From Moniliella sp. 'wahieum' (taxonomy: Eukaryota), in contig RSEE01000017.1 in assembly GCA_003971905.1 (NCBI GenBank), positions 62,001-126,000 on the forward strand: a stretch of DNA of 64,000 nucleotides, in the 5' to 3' direction. A program made the position numbers and the translations under genes. This document shows, piece by piece, positions 26,047 through 38,726 of the stretch (positions are counted from its first letter, which is position 1; every line of letters begins with the position of its first letter). The notes beneath the pieces are model-generated. The model ran no database searches. It was not told the origin of the DNA and worked only from the letters and a program-made list of their open reading frames with translations.

Positions 26047-27217
26047 TCACCCCAGAGAGTATTCGGTGTTCGTGCGTGCTTTAACGCCTCTGCCACCACC
26101 ATCGAGGACTGAGAAGGAAAAGGAAACAGGGGAAGGGAGGAACACATCAAGTTGGTTGCTACCAACCTAGCAGAGACATATCACACACGTTCGTAGCTCG
26201 GGCTGCGGTAACGACGCGGCGATTCGCCACGCGGCGGGGGCGAGCGCCGGGGCGAGGGGGACCGCGAGTACCGACGCGGAGGGGGAGAAGGGCGACGACC
26301 ATAATCGTCCTCCCGCGCCCGGCCGTCGCGGCCGCCGTTCGAGCGACGGTCCGAGCGCCAGTCATCGCGCCCTGCACCCCAGGAACGAGCTTGAGAACGG
26401 TAGTAGCCCTGCCCACCAGAGGGAGGAGGGCCAGTGGGACGACGACCGCCACGCGAAGCGATAGGGCCACGGTAGTTCCATCCGCCCGGCGGGGCATCGC
26501 GCGTGATGCCACGGTATTCACCGGGGTAGGCTCGTGGGGCTTGCGCGTGGAGCTGTAGTCGACGCGCATCGCGCGCCCATTCATGGTGTACCCGTTCAGC
26601 TCTTCCACCACCTTGGTCGCGCCCTCAACCGACTCCATCGTGATGAAGGCAAATCCGCGAACGGCCCGAGCGCGCATCAAATACCAGCGCCACCTTGGCC
26701 ACCGGCGCAATCGACTCAAACTTGTCCCGCAGCTCCCGCTCCGTTGTCATCAGGCTCAGCCCAAACCCCCACCACCCACCACCTCGTTCGGCTCGACGTC
26801 CTGAGGAGCTGATCGAGGCTTAGCAGGGGCTTGGCCGCGCGAGCCTTCTTCCCCGCGCCGGTCGCGACGTCCACCGCCACCGCCACCATACCGACTGCCG
26901 TACCGGTCATCCCCATACCGGTCCCGCCCACCGTACCGATCGCCGCCGTAGCGATCTCTGCCGCGGCCACCACCGTAGCGGTCGTCGTCATACCGTCCGC
27001 CCCCGTACCGGCGCGGGGGCGAGTCGTCGCGGTAGCGCGGCGGGGCTCCGGGAGCGACGCGCGTCCGCGCGAACCGGACTGCGGCTACGGCTGCGGCTGC
27101 GGCTCGGGCTGCGACGGCGCTCGGCGCGGTCAGCATCGCTGCGAGCGAGGGGGAGCGGGGCACCGGGCTCGGGGAGCGGGTGAGGCTGCGGCCACGCATG
27201 TCTTCGTCGACGTCCAT
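26047..27217 (-). CDS. TRA2: Transformer-2-like SR splicing factor (RS-RRM-RS), frameshifted
   Basis: RS-rich N-terminus, then EPNEVV..GLSLMTTERELR..FDARSGRSRGFAFITMESVEGA..LNGYTMNGRAMRVDYSSTRKPHEPTPGEY. The RVDYSxT.+PH.PTPG motif is characteristic of Tra2. Probable last intron 26109-26188. Confidence 0.85.
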
Positions 27218-27529
27218 CGTGCTTGGCGCTTATCGGTCGGTTGCCAGGAGCTGAGATAGCGCGGGCGCCCACTGCCACCGAGGGCGGAGGGCGCCTCCAC
27301 GTCCAACCCTACTGCCGCGCACGCACCCACCCGACGCGTGCTGGCCCAACCCTACTCAATTAATTCCGCCCGCACATGGGTTTGCATGGGAAGGCACCAC
27401 CCCAGTGTGCGCCGCAGCCGGCGGGCAACCCTGCTGCTTCCTCCTTCGTCGCAGGTCTTCGCCGCCGCCCCAGTCCTCCCTCTCAGGCCGAGTGGGACGC
27501 AGGGAACAGCAACCACCAAGGCCAACAAG

Positions 27530-28162
27530 ATGGTGAGCACAGCCCTTTGTCTGCGCGATGCGACGCCGGTCGACTAACTATTGTGTGTGTGTAGGGTGTG
27601 GACATTGCCAAGAAGCACGTCAAGAAGGGCAACCGTACGGCGCCCAAGTCGGAGGACCCCTACCTCCTGCTCTTGGTCAAGCTCTACCGCTACCTTGCCC
27701 GCCGCTCGGGGAGCAAGTTCAACAAGGCCATCCTCAAGCGCCTGTATATGAGCAAGGTCAACCGTCCTCCTGTCTCGCTCTCGCGTCTGATTTACCTGAC
27801 GCGCAACGCTGGCACGACTGGCGCAGACGCCAAGACGGTGGCGGTGGTGGGCACCCACGGACGACAACCGTCTGTTGGAGGTCCCCCGTGTGTCGGTGGC
27901 CGCCCTGCGGTTCACCAAGACGGCACGCGCTCGTATCCTCGCGGCGGGCGGCGAGGCGCTGACGTTTGACCAGCTTGCTCTGCGCGCCCCGACGGGCAAG
28001 AATGTGGTGCTGATCCGTGGCCCGAAGAACGCCCGGGAGGCGGTCAAGCACTTTGGCATGGGCCCCCACTCCAACGCCAAGCCCTACGTCCGTGGCAACG
28101 GCAAGTCGCGCAAGCGCGAGATGGCCCGTGGCCGTCGCAAGTCGCGTGGCTTCAAGGTCTAA
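27530..28162 (+). CDS. RPL18: 60S ribosomal protein eL18
   Basis: ATG-only exon 1, intron 27533-27594, then [37 protein letters not shown]...[11 protein letters not shown]...[12 protein letters not shown]. One frameshift near 27855. Confidence 0.98.
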
Positions 28163-28431
28163 GTTTGCGTCTGGACTGCCAAGCAGCAACGTGCTTAATC
28201 CCCCTCCCCGCAGGGGACGAGCCGCTATGCTGTGGTTGTTGCCGGAGCGACTGGTATGTCTTGTCGTTGGGGCGATTCATTGCATACTCCTGTACCCCAG
28301 CCGGTTCTGTTTGGTAGTTGACCTGATCCATAGGAGTCAAGCAGCATTCATTTTTTTGGTAGTTAAAACTGATCGTGTACGGTGCATGACCTGTGCGGTG
28401 CAGGCCCAGATCTTGGCTACTTCAGCACCTT

Positions 28432-30218
28432 TTAGTACCCGAAGTCGCTATCGGAAGAAACCCCCGCACCGTCGGACGAGTCACCTGGCTCGTCCAACTC
28501 GTGCTCGGGATACTCGTTGCGGTAGAAATCCTCCTCGTTCGAATCTTCATCCTCGCCTTGATCCCACTCCTCAAACTCGGGGCGCTTGCGCTGAGTCCGG
28601 GGCAAGCGCACCCGCTGCTCTGCCGGGCCGATCGCCACCTCTTCCTCCGGCGCACCAGTGGCAGGCGCAGCAAACCCAAACTCCCCCTCGGTCGCGCCAG
28701 GGCGGGAGAAGACATACTCCTCATCCACATACGCATCTTCATCCGATGACCACCACTCTTCATCATCCATGTCCTGGTGTGCGCGCGCACGCTCCCTTTC
28801 GTATCGTGCCGGCTCCATCAGCACCGCCCAGTCCTCTTCAGTTAGGTTCGGCACCTGTAGTGCGGCAACCGATTGAATCCCGTCCCCATACTCAGCCAGG
28901 TCCCGACCGGCCACAGCGCCCGGCAGCAACCCCGCTTGGCTGGCACCGTCCGGCGCGGCGGCCAGACGGGAAGGGGTGTCGTCACTGTAGTAAATGTCGT
29001 AGACATATTCCCCTTCATCCGAATCAGAAGAGTTGGTTTCGGCCTCCGATTCGTCTTCGGCCTCAGGCATGGCCACTTCCTGTGTCTGTGCCCGTTGTGG
29101 CGGCTCCTCGTCCTCCACCAGGTCCTGGGGGATCGTCTCATTTTTGGCTGAACGGAAAGTGGGGTCAGTTTCCTCGGCTCATGAGGGCGCCAATGGCACG
29201 AGGTAGAAAACTCACTTTTCAAGTGCTCAATCAGCATCTGCTTAAACACATCGCCGAGCGAGTCCACCTCATCTTGGGTCGTCGACGGCGCCCGTTTGGA
29301 CTGTGCTTGTGCTTGGGCCGGCGTTTGGCGCCGCGTCCGCCGTTTGTCGCGCGGCTCCGAGACGACAATATCGATGATCCTCGATGTACCCGGAGACTGA
29401 ACGCGATGTACCCCAGGACCCAGTGTGGAGGCAAGGCGTTCTTGGACCCGGTTGCGGGCCATGGCGGCACCGGGCACAATGGTGCGCGATGCGGCCGGCC
29501 CAGGCGAAGCGGCAGCTTGCTCCAGTCTTGGTGTCGGCGGAGTCACTTCCACCCGGGCTGTACCAACAGCAGGGGTGGGCAGCGCGGCTTCGCGCTCCCG
29601 CTCCATACGACGAAGAAGCTGGAGATTGGTTACGCGCTTGCGCATCTCGTAGTCGGCCGCACGCGAACGCGGGGCCGCCGACATGGTCTCGGCAAAGCGG
29701 AACACACTGGCCATAGGCTGGGTGCGTTCGGGAGAGGGGGTGCCCGTGGTGGATGCACCCTGCGACGCCGAGGCGGGCGGGGAGGGTGAGTTGCCAAGAA
29801 AGTGATCCTGAGCCGTCTGTTCCAACTCAGCCGCCTGCTGAGCTTGGACACTTGCGTCCGTATCGGCAGACGTAGGCAGAGCATGGGTCGAAGGGGACAG
29901 GGGAGACGGGCGGAGGAGCGACGCTTGGTCACGCGACGCAATGCCTGAGCGTCGGCGCGAGCTTGGACAATACGGACTAGGTTGGGCGAGGGCGAGGATT
30001 GGGCACTGGTGGAGGCGGGTGGGGTGGCAGTCGGCGAGGACGAGGGGGAAGGCGAGACGGAGTTAGCGCGCGAGGGACCGAGGGATGGTGGTAGAGAGGG
30101 GGGTAGCCTGCCCGGAGTGAGCGAGTGCTTGCTGGAGGAAGAGGGCATCGACGGGGACATCGGTGCCGCGCTTGCGCTTGATGCGCAGAATCATTGGTGC
30201 CGGACGGGGGGACGACAT
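28432..30218 (-). CDS. IWR1: RNA polymerase II nuclear import factor Iwr1, frameshifted
   Basis: N-terminal PMILRIKRKR (NLS motif), EYVYDIYY and DEDSNEEDFYRNEYPE are Iwr1 family motifs. Intron 29148-29215. Confidence 0.88.
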
Positions 30219-30309
30219 GGTGGAGGGAAGTAGCAGGACCCGGGCAGGAGCGAAGGGAGAAGGTCCGACGCAGGAAAAAGGCAGCGGCGGATGGCAAGGC
30301 GGGGGGGTT

Positions 30310-30416
30310 GGAGGTGGAGGTGGAGATGGAGGTGGAGATGGAGGTGGAGGTGGAGGTGGAGGTGGAGGTGGAGGTGGAGGTGGAGGTGGAGGTGGAAATG
30401 GAGGTGGAAATGGAGG
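30310..30416. repeat. (GGAGGT)n hexamer microsatellite, about 17 imperfect copies, between divergent IWR1 and VTC1-like genes
   Basis: Direct read, with GGAGAT and GGAAAT variant units. Confidence 0.95.
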
Positions 30417-30752
30417 CGCGAGCTGGTTGGCCGCTGGGACGCCGCGCACTGGCCAATCGCTGGCTGTGCATCGCAGAATCTCGCGCCACTGTTCCGCTGC
30501 CAGCCGGAAATGCTCCGTTTCAAAACCCGTCCATTTGGCGCAGCCGCCCGACGCACAGGGCCAGCGCAGAAACTTTCATGGGCCGTCCCTGCTCCACTGG
30601 CTAGTGACTAGTGACTATCGGTCAAGCCATGTACGGCGCATGGACCATCGTGCTGCTGAGTGCTCGCCGATCTCCTCATCTCTGGATCGACCGCCACCCG
30701 CGCCATCTTCTGCCTTCCCTAGATCCCCCCCCTCCGCTGTTAGCCAACAGCC

Positions 30753-31340
30753 ATGGCTTCTACCTCGGAGCGCGTGCCCCTGGTGCAAAACGGAGAGAGC
30801 AGCTCGTACGGCGCCACTGCCCCTCGCCGTCGTCCTGTCAAGAAGCCACAGCCCACGCCAGCCAAGATTGAGGCCAAGGTGTGGTTCGCCAACGAGCGGA
30901 CGTGGATTGCTTGGCTCCGGGCGTCCCTTCTGATTGGCTCGTTTGCGCTTGCCATGCTCAACTCGGCCTCGTTCTTTGAGCATACTCCAGACGACTCGCT
31001 CCCCTCGGAGCCTGGTGTGGAGCCCGTCCCCTCCCCCTACCAGCCAGTCGACTCCACGTTTATCCGCGCATTTGGTTCGATCTATGTGCTCATCGCGGTC
31101 TCGACGCTGCTGTGGGGGCTGGCCAACTACCATCGCCGCGTCTCGCTCATCAAACGCAAGTACCCTGGACCCCTGGACGATTTGGTCGGACCCCCACTCA
31201 TTTGCGCTGCCATCTTCATTGCCATCTTGGTCAACTTTGTCTACAAAAGTGTGTCCCACCATTCATTTTCTCCTTTCTCTGCTGAGCGCTGATACCATCT
31301 GATTTCCACAGTTAAGGAGTTCCGTTCGCGCGCCGTCTAA
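30753..31340 (+). CDS. VTC1: Vacuolar transporter chaperone Vtc1-like 3-TM (DUF202) protein
   Basis: PAKIEAKVWFANERTWIAWL...three hydrophobic helices...PLDDLVGPPLIC. Intron 31249-31311 gives the C-terminus IKEFRSRAV*. Confidence 0.8.
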
Positions 31341-31503
31341 AAAGAGTTGCCGTTTTGAACCAGAGGGCTTTCCAGACGAGTGCACAGGGGTGGGGCGAAC
31401 AAAAAAACTCTTTGTATCATACATCGTATGTCACCATGAGATAACCGAAAGGCGGTAGCTGTGCGCGTGACGGTGGGTGTGGGTGTGCGCTATTTGGTCG
31501 TTG

Positions 31504-32160
31504 CTACTGCCGTTTTACCCCGATTGTCGCTTCCCTTGCTTGAGTAGTAGGCTTAGCGAGCCTCCAACGAACCTTCAGGCGAACAAAGCTCGGAGGAACG
31601 GCTGCAGTAGCCGTAACCCGAATGGGGAGGAATGCGTCTAGTGAATCGTGTAGGCTAGCACAAATCCAGCACAAATTGCGCTACCATTACTGCTGTTGGA
31701 AGCCGTGAAACCAGCAGCAACCGTTTGTTGAAGAATGTGGGAGTTGTCCCCCGTCTCACGCTCCGTGGTGCTGGCGGCGTGGAGGATGTCTTGCACGAAG
31801 GTGCGACGGACACGATCGATCTCTGCAGCCGCAAGCTCAGCCACGTCTCGCCCCAGCTCATCCAACAGATGCGGTTACGATGTGCCGAGCCGAGGGACGA
31901 GCCCTGGTCGGTCGCCGCGATCCAGCACACCTGCCGGTGGGTTACGGGACGCTCGGATGGGGATGCTTCTCGCATTGCTCCGATCCAAGGCAACAGAGTG
32001 TGATCGTTTGACTGGTCTGTTGTGTTCGACGTGGGAAGAATGCAGTATGAGGGCCCGTCACACCCCGGGGGAGCGCGATGTCCCGGTGGATCGGCTGTGT
32101 GGGACGAGGCAAATCGCCTGGTGCGGCACATTGTGGGCATCTCTACCGTCATCAAGACTC
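31504..32160 (-). CDS. Possible hypothetical protein (boundaries uncertain)
   Basis: Helical coding-like segment LDELGRDVAELAAAEIDRVRRTFVQDILHAAS. A possible short intron at 31638-31684 leads to an open final exon. No family recognised. Confidence 0.3.
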
Positions 32161-32707
32161 TCTCGCCCGATTACAGTTTCTCTCCGGACACGTTGTGTAC
32201 GCTATAGGTGGTCTGACGAGTAGTTGCCACGAGCTGATAATCCACATGCACTTCCTCTCCACCCAGACAAGATGTACTTAATGGCCGACCTCGTCGCTCA
32301 GACCAGTTGAACGTGGAAGGATGGGAAGGAAGAAGCGGGGATCTCACCAGCACAGCACGATTATCGTTCAAACCGACCTACTAGATCAACCGCAAATGGG
32401 ATGAGAAGAGTTGAGATGCACGGCCCCGTACCTGTCCCTTCTTTTGTTCTTGTTGCGCCTTCTGCATGTTACCGGCTTGTTGCTGCCAGAATTCTAGGAA
32501 CATCGACCATCAGCTTGTCTTGTAGAAGTGATGATGAGCGCGTGGGGGTCCAATTATTCAGGCACGTCTGCTAATCTGGCCTTCTCAATCGTACATCTTC
32601 CATGTGCATTGAATGGGTTTATCAGACGCTGCACTTTGCAAGTGGTGCCAGTATGGGGGAAGGGGGGGAGGGGGGTGGGTCGCTGGAATCGGGGAAATGC
32701 TTATTTT

Positions 32708-34331
32708 TTAGGCGCATCCGGGGCTTAGGGAGCGTATCCCATACCAGGCGCCCAGCTCTGTTGCTGGGAAGGACGGCGCCGAATGTGTGCGTCGGAAGGT
32801 AGACCGGACGTCTGAGCCCGCCACAAATCGATCGGGTCCGCACTGGCACTGGCCACCGAGCCCGGCGAAGTGGGGTTGAGCCAGGTGCGATCCCGCAATG
32901 CGCCCTCGGGACCAGGCAGGTAAGGAGGTGGGGTTGGAACGTAGGCGCCATACCCGACGAGTACATCCCAGTACGTTGTGCCCATGCCCTGCGCATCTGC
33001 TCTTCGCCGGCAGGCGATAGGTAGCCAGGTTCCACACCAGACGTGAGCGTCATTTCATTGTCTGGTACCTGCACCATGGGCGGATTCCAGTGCCCATTTT
33101 GAGGCGATGCAGCCGGAGGAGCATGAGGTTGTGCTTGCTGATGTTGCTGCGGTTGTGGCTGCGCTTGCGCTGATGGTAGCGGGCGCATAAACGCGCCATT
33201 GCTGGTGGGCGAAGGGACGAGATTGGGCAGGCTGAGTGACCAATAGCGGGGCCAAGCAAACCGATCGTGAATATAAGACCGGAGGCGACCTACAAGCAGC
33301 TGCTCAATTTTGGGAATGTCTTGCAGTTTGGCCCGGGAACCAAGGCTGCCGACGCTGGCGTCCAGCTCAAAGTCCGGATGCAGGCTAAAGTGGAGATGAT
33401 GGCGGGAACGAGGCGCAGGTTCCGTCGTGCCTCGAGGTGGGCGGGGGGGAGCCTGGACGCCAACTTCGGTAGGCAAGACGGACCCAGAGTCGGTAGAGAA
33501 GAGTTCTATGCTAACCCGGGCGGAGAAGCGGGTGATGGCCAAGGAGAGGGAGATGGGGAGCACAGCAAAGCGCGGCTTGGGAATGTTCACCACCAATTTG
33601 GTATCGATCGCAATCGTAATGTGGTCCGCATAGTCCAACTGAACCTCAATCCGCATCCGGCCCAGTTCATCCGCAGGCCGGACGACGGCATTGGACAAGA
33701 CGGGGTACTGATCGCCACAATCCACATCGGTCACTCGAATCGGGTCCAAAAATCCAGCGGCGGCAGCAGTCGACTTGTTGAGAATGTCCTGCATCAGCTC
33801 ACGCGCCGTTCGCTCTTGCTCGCCTTCGCCTTCCTGGTCAGATTGAAGCGGCGTGCCCCCCACAGGGCTCCCCCCGCCGTTCAGCACATCCTCCCGATAC
33901 CCTGCCACAGCCTGGGCCAGGAGAACATTGAGCCAGTCGGCGCTCTCAGCCGGATGCTGACGCGAATCGTATCCCAGGGTGGCGAGAATGGCGTCGAGTG
34001 GGATGCCGCCTTGGGCGCCGCCCTTGGCTCGCCGGCGAGTGCGGGTCTGTTCGGAGCGATGGACGCGCTACACAAGGCGTGGTGAGAAGAGAAGAGAAGA
34101 CGAACCGAGTCAATGGAGGGGCGCAATGCACAGACCAGCGCATGGTGTGGCACAGGAACATACCGATTGGCGCTCCTTCTCGAGAGCGGTGGTCACATCC
34201 TCAAAGATAAAGTAACGAAGAAAGAGGGCGGCAAGAATGACGATCGACAGCTGGCCCACCAGCAGGCCCTGGGTAAAAGTCAACTGGGACCCGACCGCGC
34301 CAGCAGGTACGATATAGGAAGCATCGCCCAT
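32708..34331 (-). CDS. MMM1: ERMES subunit Mmm1 (SMP domain); 3' end approximate
   Basis: TM FTQGLLVGQLSIVILAALFLRYFIFED, intron 34068-34163, ESADWLNVLLAQ, DTKLVVNIPKPRFAVLPISL, GSRAKLQDIPKIEQL. Confidence 0.95.
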
Positions 34332-34870
34332 CAAGCACGTATCTCAGCAGGGCATTCCCTGGGCAGTCAACACGCTGGGCTTTGCTGTGGGACGCCGGCA
34401 AGAAGCGTGGCGGAGGGATGAGGGCGATGAGGCCAGCGAGGAAGACGACGGGTTAGCAAGCACCCAAACCGCGAAGATGAACGCACATTGAAAGTTTTAC
34501 TGACGGCTCTGTCATATCACCCGTCACGACATAGCATGCATCAGGCATCGCTAGCTCACTCGCACTGTGTCACGAGTATTAGAGTTCCATGCAGAGACGG
34601 ACAGTGTCTAAACCACCTGCTGTATTAATGCCACCACTGCTATTGCCCACCCAATTCCATCATCTCAGCATCAACAAGTTGTGTTTCTCATAGCAATAAC
34701 CACATCTCGTGCTATGCATAATCAACAATCTCTATCGCTTGCCCCTCAGCATATCTTCAACTTCTACTAATGTCCATTTCGCTTGACTACCGTGGTTAAG
34801 ACAAGGGGGAAGAAGGCTAGCGTTACACGCGTTACAGCTGCCTGTGGGGACTTTCATATGCCCACTCCGG

Positions 34871-36182
34871 TCAAGGCTTCGGAGGCGCAGCCAAAGGCCT
34901 CAAGGGGGTGAGCGGGGAAAGCCCTGAAAGAGCAGACATGTGACGGCGGTACGAAGGCAAAGTAGGTGCACTGACGGATTTGCCCATTCCGGCCCGCTTC
35001 GGCTCGTGCCGTGGTAAAGCGACACGAGGTCGAGCCCCTGTGGATGTACGGGGCTGGATTTCCGCTTGCAAGTGGTTCACTTGACCCATCAGGCCGCTGT
35101 AGCCGTCTGTACAATCCATACGGACCTTGTTCCGGTTGGATCCCGCTACCTTGGATCCAAACATGGCACCGGATCCTTCATTCTGGGTACTGCTTGGTGG
35201 AGCGGAACGACGAGCCCAACAAGAACGGCGGGCTGCCAACGCCAGCATGCTCAACCCCGCTCTGGTCCGAGAAAGAGGGAGAGGAGGGACCCAAAGTGGA
35301 TAAGGAGGTACCTGAAAAACGCCGGGCCTTTTGTTCCTGGTAATTGCTCACCGAAATGACGCTGTTGTCCGAGTCGCTTCCATCACCGTGATCATCGACA
35401 CTTGGGGTGGAATATAAGGAAAACGAAATAATGTCGCCGTCCTCTTCATCCCTCCATTCGTTCAACGAATCATTTGTCGACGTTTTCAACAACATTGAGC
35501 CACTGGACACTGAACTTCGATAAGGCAGACGGGAACGGCGCGGAGGAAAGCTGTCACACGCTTCGAGGGACAGCGGCAAGGACTTGACGGATGAGGGACG
35601 CCCCAGGTGACAACCACTACTCTCTGTACTGCTGGTTGGGTGGGGTGCCCATAGAAACTGCTTCGCGGCGGAGCTGTTGCGTCTGCCCGTGTGAGAACAG
35701 TCTCGATAGGATTGGGAGCACACAATTCTGCTCATCGCGTCCGGTTTCATGGAATCTGTGCATGGGCAGGACTGGCCTGGCAGACGCGCGTGTTCGTGGT
35801 TTGGCGACATGCCCCTTGGCCAGCTTCGCTCAGATGAAGGGAGATATGGGAAAGTGGAGAGAGCCAAGCTTCCTGGGCATAGCTCGCCTTTGTCTTCTTG
35901 AACAGATGGGGTGTGGGCTTGAGGGTCCATCAGAGCGGCTGGGTCCATCAGCCTTTTGGTATTGATGACACCGTTATTCGGCGAGATGTAGCTGGAGGCA
36001 GAGAGGAATGGGTTTGGGGAAGAAAATGAATGGCCAGTAGCCTCAAAGGACCGTGACGGAGTAGGACAAGGCTGGAGAAGAGCATGGCTGGTGGACACGT
36101 GTACGTGCCGACGGTGACGAATGGCGGGAGGAAACTCTGTCGAGGCAGGGGTGGGGGCGGGAGCGATGGGCGCAGCAGCCAT
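34871..36182 (-). CDS. Hypothetical Ser-rich protein; 3' end uncertain
   Basis: 334-aa ORF 35178-36182 starting with ATG after a pyrimidine-rich leader, possibly continuing by frameshift into 34871-35254. No family recognised. Confidence 0.5.
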
Positions 36183-37301
36183 GGACGAGACGGCAGGAAG
36201 AAGGAGAGAAATGGAGGACGGGTTTTGTTTTACGGTGATGTCAAGTAGACGGGTGGGAGAAAGGGGTGGTCAAAGGATAGTCGGGTGGGTCTGGAAGAAG
36301 GGGAAGGCCTGGTTTAAAAGGGGCGAGTAAGAGCCTGGCGCGTTGGTATCATAGCCACAGACGGGCCACAGGGGCGCGGCTTTTCTTGGCAAAAATACAC
36401 CACAATATGATATGGTGGCGCACAGTGGCCACACTCCAGTCCGACGGTCACACTCGCGGTATACTCGCGATCGTGGGCGATTTCTTTGATCAAGTTGGCT
36501 GGCCATTTCGGCTTAAGGCATAACGCATGCGGCCGGAACACGACCGCCCTACAAGCTTCGGCCTTTGATATAGCGGCACTACAGTTTGATGATATCATCC
36601 CAATGCAACGTATCTGTTGGTGCGAGAGAGGGTGTGCAGCCTCTTGATATTATGTGGGCACAATCGACGAATAAGCGCAAATAAGCGCCCCTGCGGCCGT
36701 TATCGTTTTGGCCGACGTTACATGGTACAGCCGGGATAGTTGGTCAAGATCGGAAGTGCCAAGGACACGATGATCGAGATGATCGAGGCGATGAAGGACC
36801 GACGAAGCTTGAAGGTGATCCGAAGCGATCAACGAGTGACTTCACTCTTCTAGTCAAGCTAGTCACTAGTGACATGGTGATGTCACTAGTAGTGACATGC
36901 ATGACAAGTGGCAAGTCGCAAGGATGGTCGATGGGCTGTGGGCTGGGCAACGGCATTTCGTCACCAGGGTATGTAATCCGATTATTTCATTTTGTATCGC
37001 CCAAACGACGTGGCAACCCAATATGCATCGGACTGCCCGTGGCGTGTGCCTTGGCATCAACTGCTGCTAGTTTCATCTTCAGCGCGCTCAGCGCCTCAGC
37101 GGTCCGAGCATCTTTCATCCAGCATCGGTAGCTGCTTGTCCACAGCCCTATTACACTTTGCCTCCATAGCTGATTGTTGGCTGCCCGCTTCTACCTTACT
37201 TTTGTGTGCGTTACTTGTACTTTTTTGCGTTTTCATCAATATGGACAGAACGATGATGGTAGAAACGGCCCCATCCAAAAGCGAGTGGCCAACACAGCAT
37301 T

Positions 37302-37878
37302 TCACGGGTGCAGCTTCACTTCGATGTTTCCCCGAGTAGCCCGAGAGTAAGGGCAGATGCCATGGCCAATCTCCATGAGCTTCTTGATGTGCTCAACATC
37401 ACCCGAGGCAGACTCAGCGTAAATGTCGGCGCCAAGTCCAAACGGCGAGCCATCGGAAGGCTTGCCCACGTGAGCCTCCACGCGGATCTTGAGGTCATCC
37501 GGCACCTTCAGCTTGTTGTTCCGTGCACCAAACTGGAGAGCAGAAAGGAAACAGGAACTCCACCCGGCACTGAAAAGCTGCTCCGGGTTTACACCATTAC
37601 CCGTCCCGCCCATCGCCTTGGGAGTACTGCCACCATCCATATGGGTCAGAAGGGCGCACGACAGGATGGTGAGATAGGGTAGATAGTACTACTTACGCAA
37701 GCTGGAAGTCAAGGCCGCCCTCGGGGACAACAACACGGCCGTTGCGGCCCAGACCTGAAGCCTCGGCTGTGGCCGTGTACGCGACCTTCTCGAGCGTAGC
37801 CACACCGCGGCTGGCAATGACAGGGCGGATAGCCGCGCGGACGGCCGGGCGAGCGACAGGAGCAATGCGAGCGAGCAT
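37302..37878 (-). CDS. ohr: Organic hydroperoxide resistance protein (Ohr/OsmC family) with mitochondrial presequence
   Basis: MLARIAPVARPAVRAAIRPVIASRG presequence; YTATAEASGLGRNG (catalytic Arg); intron 37627-37696; GVNPEQLFSAGWSSCF (Glu and peroxidatic Cys); HGICPYSRATRGNI (resolving Cys). Confidence 0.95.
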
Positions 37879-38726
37879 GATCAAGGCGTGGAAGAGGCTG
37901 TGTGGCGGGGGGAAGGTGGGAATGGAAGAGGGCGAAGGCGGTGGAGGGGACAAGGCCCATTGAGGTCCCGGAAGGGCGGCAGTTTTATACACGGATGGGT
38001 CCAATGCCATCTACATGGCTGGGGTGCTCCAAGAGAGAGCACACTGCCCCTGTGCACAAAAGGATTGCTGAGCTTAGTGGGCGAGAATGCTTTGCGCTGT
38101 CAGCCAGCGGCCTGAGATGTGCGATCTCTCCCAGCTGACAATGGAATCGAACGAAGTTTGGATGGAGGTTGGGGAGCAGGGCAGCGTGAGGTCCGTGCAC
38201 TGGGCACCATTCATCGCATCACGTGCATCGGTCACCGGTCACCGACCAATGAGGTCGCTCGGCTTGTGTTCCTTGGCTGGGTAGGAGGGTAGAGATCGCA
38301 GGCACTGGGCCTGCCAGTGAGGTCATCGGTCCCTGAGGAGCGAACACTGGCAGGGCGGCTGAGGCGCTGAGCGCTGGCTCATGCACGGATGCATGCACGG
38401 ATGCGCGGATGCACCGATACTCGACGCCCCGCCCATCCACTGACGTAAGGTTGGCTTCACTTCAGTTGCAGGTTTCAAAGAGGGGACAGGCAATGTTGCA
38501 ACCCGTCGGTGCAAAGCGACTCAGCCCGCTGGGCGCTGTTTGTTGTGTTGGTTAGGCGGCCGCCTGTTGGGTAAGCACGCAGTCACGTGCAGCAACCCAA
38601 GCAGTGCACGTCGCAGCCCTCGGCTGAGTGTCCGTCCACCCACCGCGTTCGACCACACCCACCTCCACCTTGATCTGGATCTGTAGGCGCCCACCACCAT
38701 CACCATCTGCCCATCTGTGCCCGACC

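Noticed and set aside
30163..30611. Poly-Gly, EV-repeat, WR-repeat and HL-repeat ORFs
   Set aside because: These are translations of the (GGAGGT)n microsatellite in the IWR1/VTC1 intergenic region.
31448..31615. Structured ncRNA (GGCGGTAGC/GCTACTGCC and ACGGCTG/TAGCCGT stems)
   Set aside because: The stems are short, no SRP/RNase P/MRP motifs are present, and the region overlaps a plausible terminal coding exon and convergent 3' UTRs.
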